Below the pieces are notes generated by a model. It worked only from the letters and a program-made list of their open reading frames with translations. It was not told where the DNA came from and ran no database searches. This document shows, in pieces, positions 30,226 through 32,845 of a DNA stretch of 32,845 nucleotides (position 1 is its first letter; each line of letters begins with the position of its first letter). Location of the stretch: the NCBI GenBank assembly GCA_963677895.2, contig CAXXGJ010000011.1:1-32845 (forward strand), in the 5' to 3' direction. The translations under genes and the position numbers were made by a program. The stretch is from Treponemataceae bacterium. GTDB taxonomy: Bacteria > Spirochaetota > Spirochaetia > Treponematales > Rectinemataceae.

Positions 30226-31407
30226 TTATAATTTTATCCGCATATAATTATTTGAATGATCCAAACTTAAAATAAAAACAAACTGCATGATAAATATTGC
30301 ATTAAAGAAAACACTTTGACCGAAAATTGATAAAAAACATATAAAAACAAATATTTTATTTTCTGAAACAGCATTTTTCCATACATAATAATATAGCATA
30401 ATATAAAAGAAAGTACCAATAATACCATAAAGCAACAATGATTGTGATAATGAATTAACATAACCAAACGCTTTTGATGTTTCAGTAATGTTAAACATCG
30501 CTAACGAAACATTATCAGATAATAAATATTCCGCCACCGAAGCAAATGGAATACCAAATAATTTCCACATCATTTTACAATTAATAAATAATAAGAATCC
30601 AAAAAATAATCGTACAAAACTACTGGAATCACTACGAATATTCATAATTTTTTGCAGAGCACTTTTAAATAAATCGACACTAAAAAATAAACTAATTATT
30701 ATAATTAATATAATAATTATAGCTACTCGATTTTTTTTAGAGTAATTTTCTTTTCTTATTACATAATACAACCATAAAACACCACAAATAATTATACCAG
30801 TTGATGATGTAGTTAGTAAAATTTCAAGGGTTATTATAGAAGAAAAAAATATTTTCCTCCTTTTTAAACTCATAAACAACAAAGGTATTAACCATATTGC
30901 GCAAACTGCTGGCTCACAAAAGAAAGAATGCGGCCTAAGATAGGATGTTTCCTCTGCAACATCTGTTGGAAGCGGAAATATTTTTATTATTTGTACTGGC
31001 TCATGCCTAAAGTATACAAAATATGATTGATAAAGTAATCCTAACATAATAGCAAATCCAACATAAGACCATACTTTATAAAGATGATTTTCATCTACCT
31101 TTCTTGCTGAAATAAAAATAAATAATATAAAAACAATCCTCTGTAACCATAAATTAATATTTATATCGACAAAAAAGATCTTTATAATGTCATGCAATAG
31201 AAATAATGATATGGTCAGTAATAGTGGTTTATAAATCTTCAATTCTTGTGTTTTAAAAAGTTCTACGATAGTGATAATAACAATACAAACAAATCCTAAT
31301 GTAACTTGACCAAAAATGTAATATTGGTTTATGATCAGATATATTGGAATAAATAATTCAAACAAATTAGAATGTTCAAATTTAAATTTTATAATACTCT
31401 TTTTCAT
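30226..31407 (-). CDS. wzy: Polysaccharide polymerase Wzy (O-antigen ligase-like membrane protein)
   Basis: About 10 TM helices; RPHSFFCEPA, LTTSSTG, SSFVR, LFGI, LLLYGIIG motifs; located between a GT and wzx. Confidence 0.75.
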   Translation of the reverse strand: MKKSIIKFKFEHSNLFELFIPIYLIINQYYIFGQVTLGFVCIVIITIVELFKTQELKIYKPLLLTISLFLLHDIIKIFFVDININLWLQRIVFILFIFISARKVDENHLYKVWSYVGFAIMLGLLYQSYFVYFRHEPVQIIKIFPLPTDVAEETSYLRPHSFFCEPAVCAIWLIPLLFMSLKRRKIFFSSIITLEILLTTSSTGIIICGVLWLYYVIRKENYSKKNRVAIIIILIIIISLFFSVDLFKSALQKIMNIRSDSSSFVRLFFGFLLFINCKMMWKLFGIPFASVAEYLLSDNVSLAMFNITETSKAFGYVNSLSQSLLLYGIIGTFFYIMLYYYVWKNAVSENKIFVFICFLSIFGQSVFFNAIFIMQFVFILSLDHSNNYMRIKL

Positions 31408-31411
31408 AAAA

Positions 31412-32659
31412 TTACTTTTTGTTTTTTATGATACTATCATAAGTAATTTGATATCTTTGAACCATATCTTTTACCGAGAATTTTTTTGCATAATTATAAA
31501 TTTCTAAATGATTCCAGGTCATATTCAACGCTCTAGTAATACCATCTGCTAGTGATTCATCAGATCTATCCTCAACAAGAAGAACAGCACATGGATCATA
31601 AAGATCTTCTACCGCATCCAAATCACCAAACATCACGGTTGGAACACCATAATGAAAAGCTTCTATAGACGACAGTCCAAAACCCTCCGTAATGCTTGCG
31701 ATGACATTTAGCGAAGCTGATTGATAATAATCCACTAATTCATCATGACCAATAAAGCCACACACTATAAAATGATCGCAGAAAATACTCTCATTAATCT
31801 GTTGTTGCAGCTGTCCTTTATCACAGTTCTGTCCAATAAAAAATATATAAGTCTTATTTTGTAAATCAAGCGGTAGATAATTAAAAGCTCTAACCACTTG
31901 AATTTGATTTTTATTTTTATAAATACTTCCAATAACCAATACTATTTGATTACCTTTTGGAACATTATACAATGCATGGATTTCTTTCTTTTTTCCCGAT
32001 CTGTAAGGTAAAATATCGATTCCATTGGGTATAACAATAAAACAATTATTATCACAGAGACCATATCTTTTAATCATACTTTTCTTTGTTCCACTACTTA
32101 CAGTGGTTACCGTAATATAGTTATTTTCAGCAAAATGAAGAAAATCTTCCTCAATTTGCTTTTCATGAGGTAATAAATTAATGGAATCGCTTAACCCAAT
32201 ACTACCATGTAGTGTAACAAGATAGGGCTGATGTAATTCTTCACATACTTCAATAAAAGGTTTAGTAGCATAGCTGATGCCATGAATATGCACAATATCA
32301 GGTTTACAAGAAAAAATACACTTTCGAAAAGATCCTCTATTAAGATAATATGCGAAATATTTCATACGCTTTCTTATTTTCTGACGGAATTTAAAAAATA
32401 TACAAATACCATCATAATAATCTTTATAGCTTGCATCTAATAGCAGATTAAACCAAAGATGTTTCCATATAAAAATATTATTCGAGTCATTATTAATACA
32501 ATAGCCACCGGTAAGTGTTTTAGTAAATACAATTACTTCATTATAAGTGCTAATATATTCTGCAGTTTTGCGAACCATCATACCGAATCCAGTTCGATTT
32601 TTTTGAAACTCTGGTAAAGCTTCATCAAATAGATCAGGCGTAGCAATAAGTACTTTCAT
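31412..32659 (-). CDS. Glycosyltransferase family 4 (GT-B)
   Basis: PDIVHIH, VTLHG, IPNGID, KNKNQ, EGFGLSSIEA (EX7E). ATG 32659 is TGATG-coupled to the upstream gene. Confidence 0.92.
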   Translation of the reverse strand: MKVLIATPDLFDEALPEFQKNRTGFGMMVRKTAEYISTYNEVIVFTKTLTGGYCINNDSNNIFIWKHLWFNLLLDASYKDYYDGICIFFKFRQKIRKRMKYFAYYLNRGSFRKCIFSCKPDIVHIHGISYATKPFIEVCEELHQPYLVTLHGSIGLSDSINLLPHEKQIEEDFLHFAENNYITVTTVSSGTKKSMIKRYGLCDNNCFIVIPNGIDILPYRSGKKKEIHALYNVPKGNQIVLVIGSIYKNKNQIQVVRAFNYLPLDLQNKTYIFFIGQNCDKGQLQQQINESIFCDHFIVCGFIGHDELVDYYQSASLNVIASITEGFGLSSIEAFHYGVPTVMFGDLDAVEDLYDPCAVLLVEDRSDESLADGITRALNMTWNHLEIYNYAKKFSVKDMVQRYQITYDSIIKNKK

Positions 32660-32845
32660 CAAAAATATGATCCCCTCTTCTTTAAATCATCATAATGTGA
32701 CTGGTTCCGCTGCTTAAAAACTTTAGCAGGATGTCCTCCAGCAATACTGCATGGTGGAATATCAGAAACGACGACACTACCTGCCTGGATGATAGATCCT
32801 TCCCCGATATGTACACCAGATAAGATCATCACATGTTCCCCAAGC
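32659..32845 (-). CDS. Hexapeptide-repeat O-acetyltransferase, 3' end only
   Basis: Hand translation: [61 protein letters not shown]; not in the ORF track. Confidence 0.85.
   Translation of the reverse strand, partial: LGEHVMILSGVHIGEGSIIQAGSVVVSDIPPCSIAGGHPAKVFKQRNQSHYDDLKKRGSYF

Overview
Surface-polysaccharide (capsule/EPS/O-antigen-like) locus of a high-GC Gram-negative bacterium. A free-living spirochaete is my guess, not something the sequence establishes. Left arm (+ strand): a TPR-like protein, a GT2 glycosyltransferase, a PlsC-type acyltransferase, then an AAA_14/DUF4143 ATPase bracketed by 38-bp direct repeats and carrying its own operator-laden, apparently leaderless promoter. From 3900 onward nearly all genes lie on the - strand. 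In transcription order they are: O-acetyltransferase (partial), GT4, Wzy, a decayed IS1595/IS1016 relic, Wzx, an apparent pyruvyltransferase-ferredoxin-FrhB-like fusion and a deacetylase-like protein (all very AT-rich); then an IS66 abutting a truncated IS3; then two ~71%-identical small sugar-phosphate transferases flanking a UDP-GlcNAc 4,6-dehydratase, an RmlD homolog with degenerate catalytic motifs, a giant (~2775 aa, ~24 SLBB domain) Wza/KpsD-type export protein built from ~1-kb tandem modules, Wzz, a secreted hypothetical protein, WecA/TagO, a winged-helix regulator, a terminator and a Wzi-like outer-membrane protein. At least eight frameshifts, many at homopolymers, split otherwise intact genes and look like long-read consensus errors.
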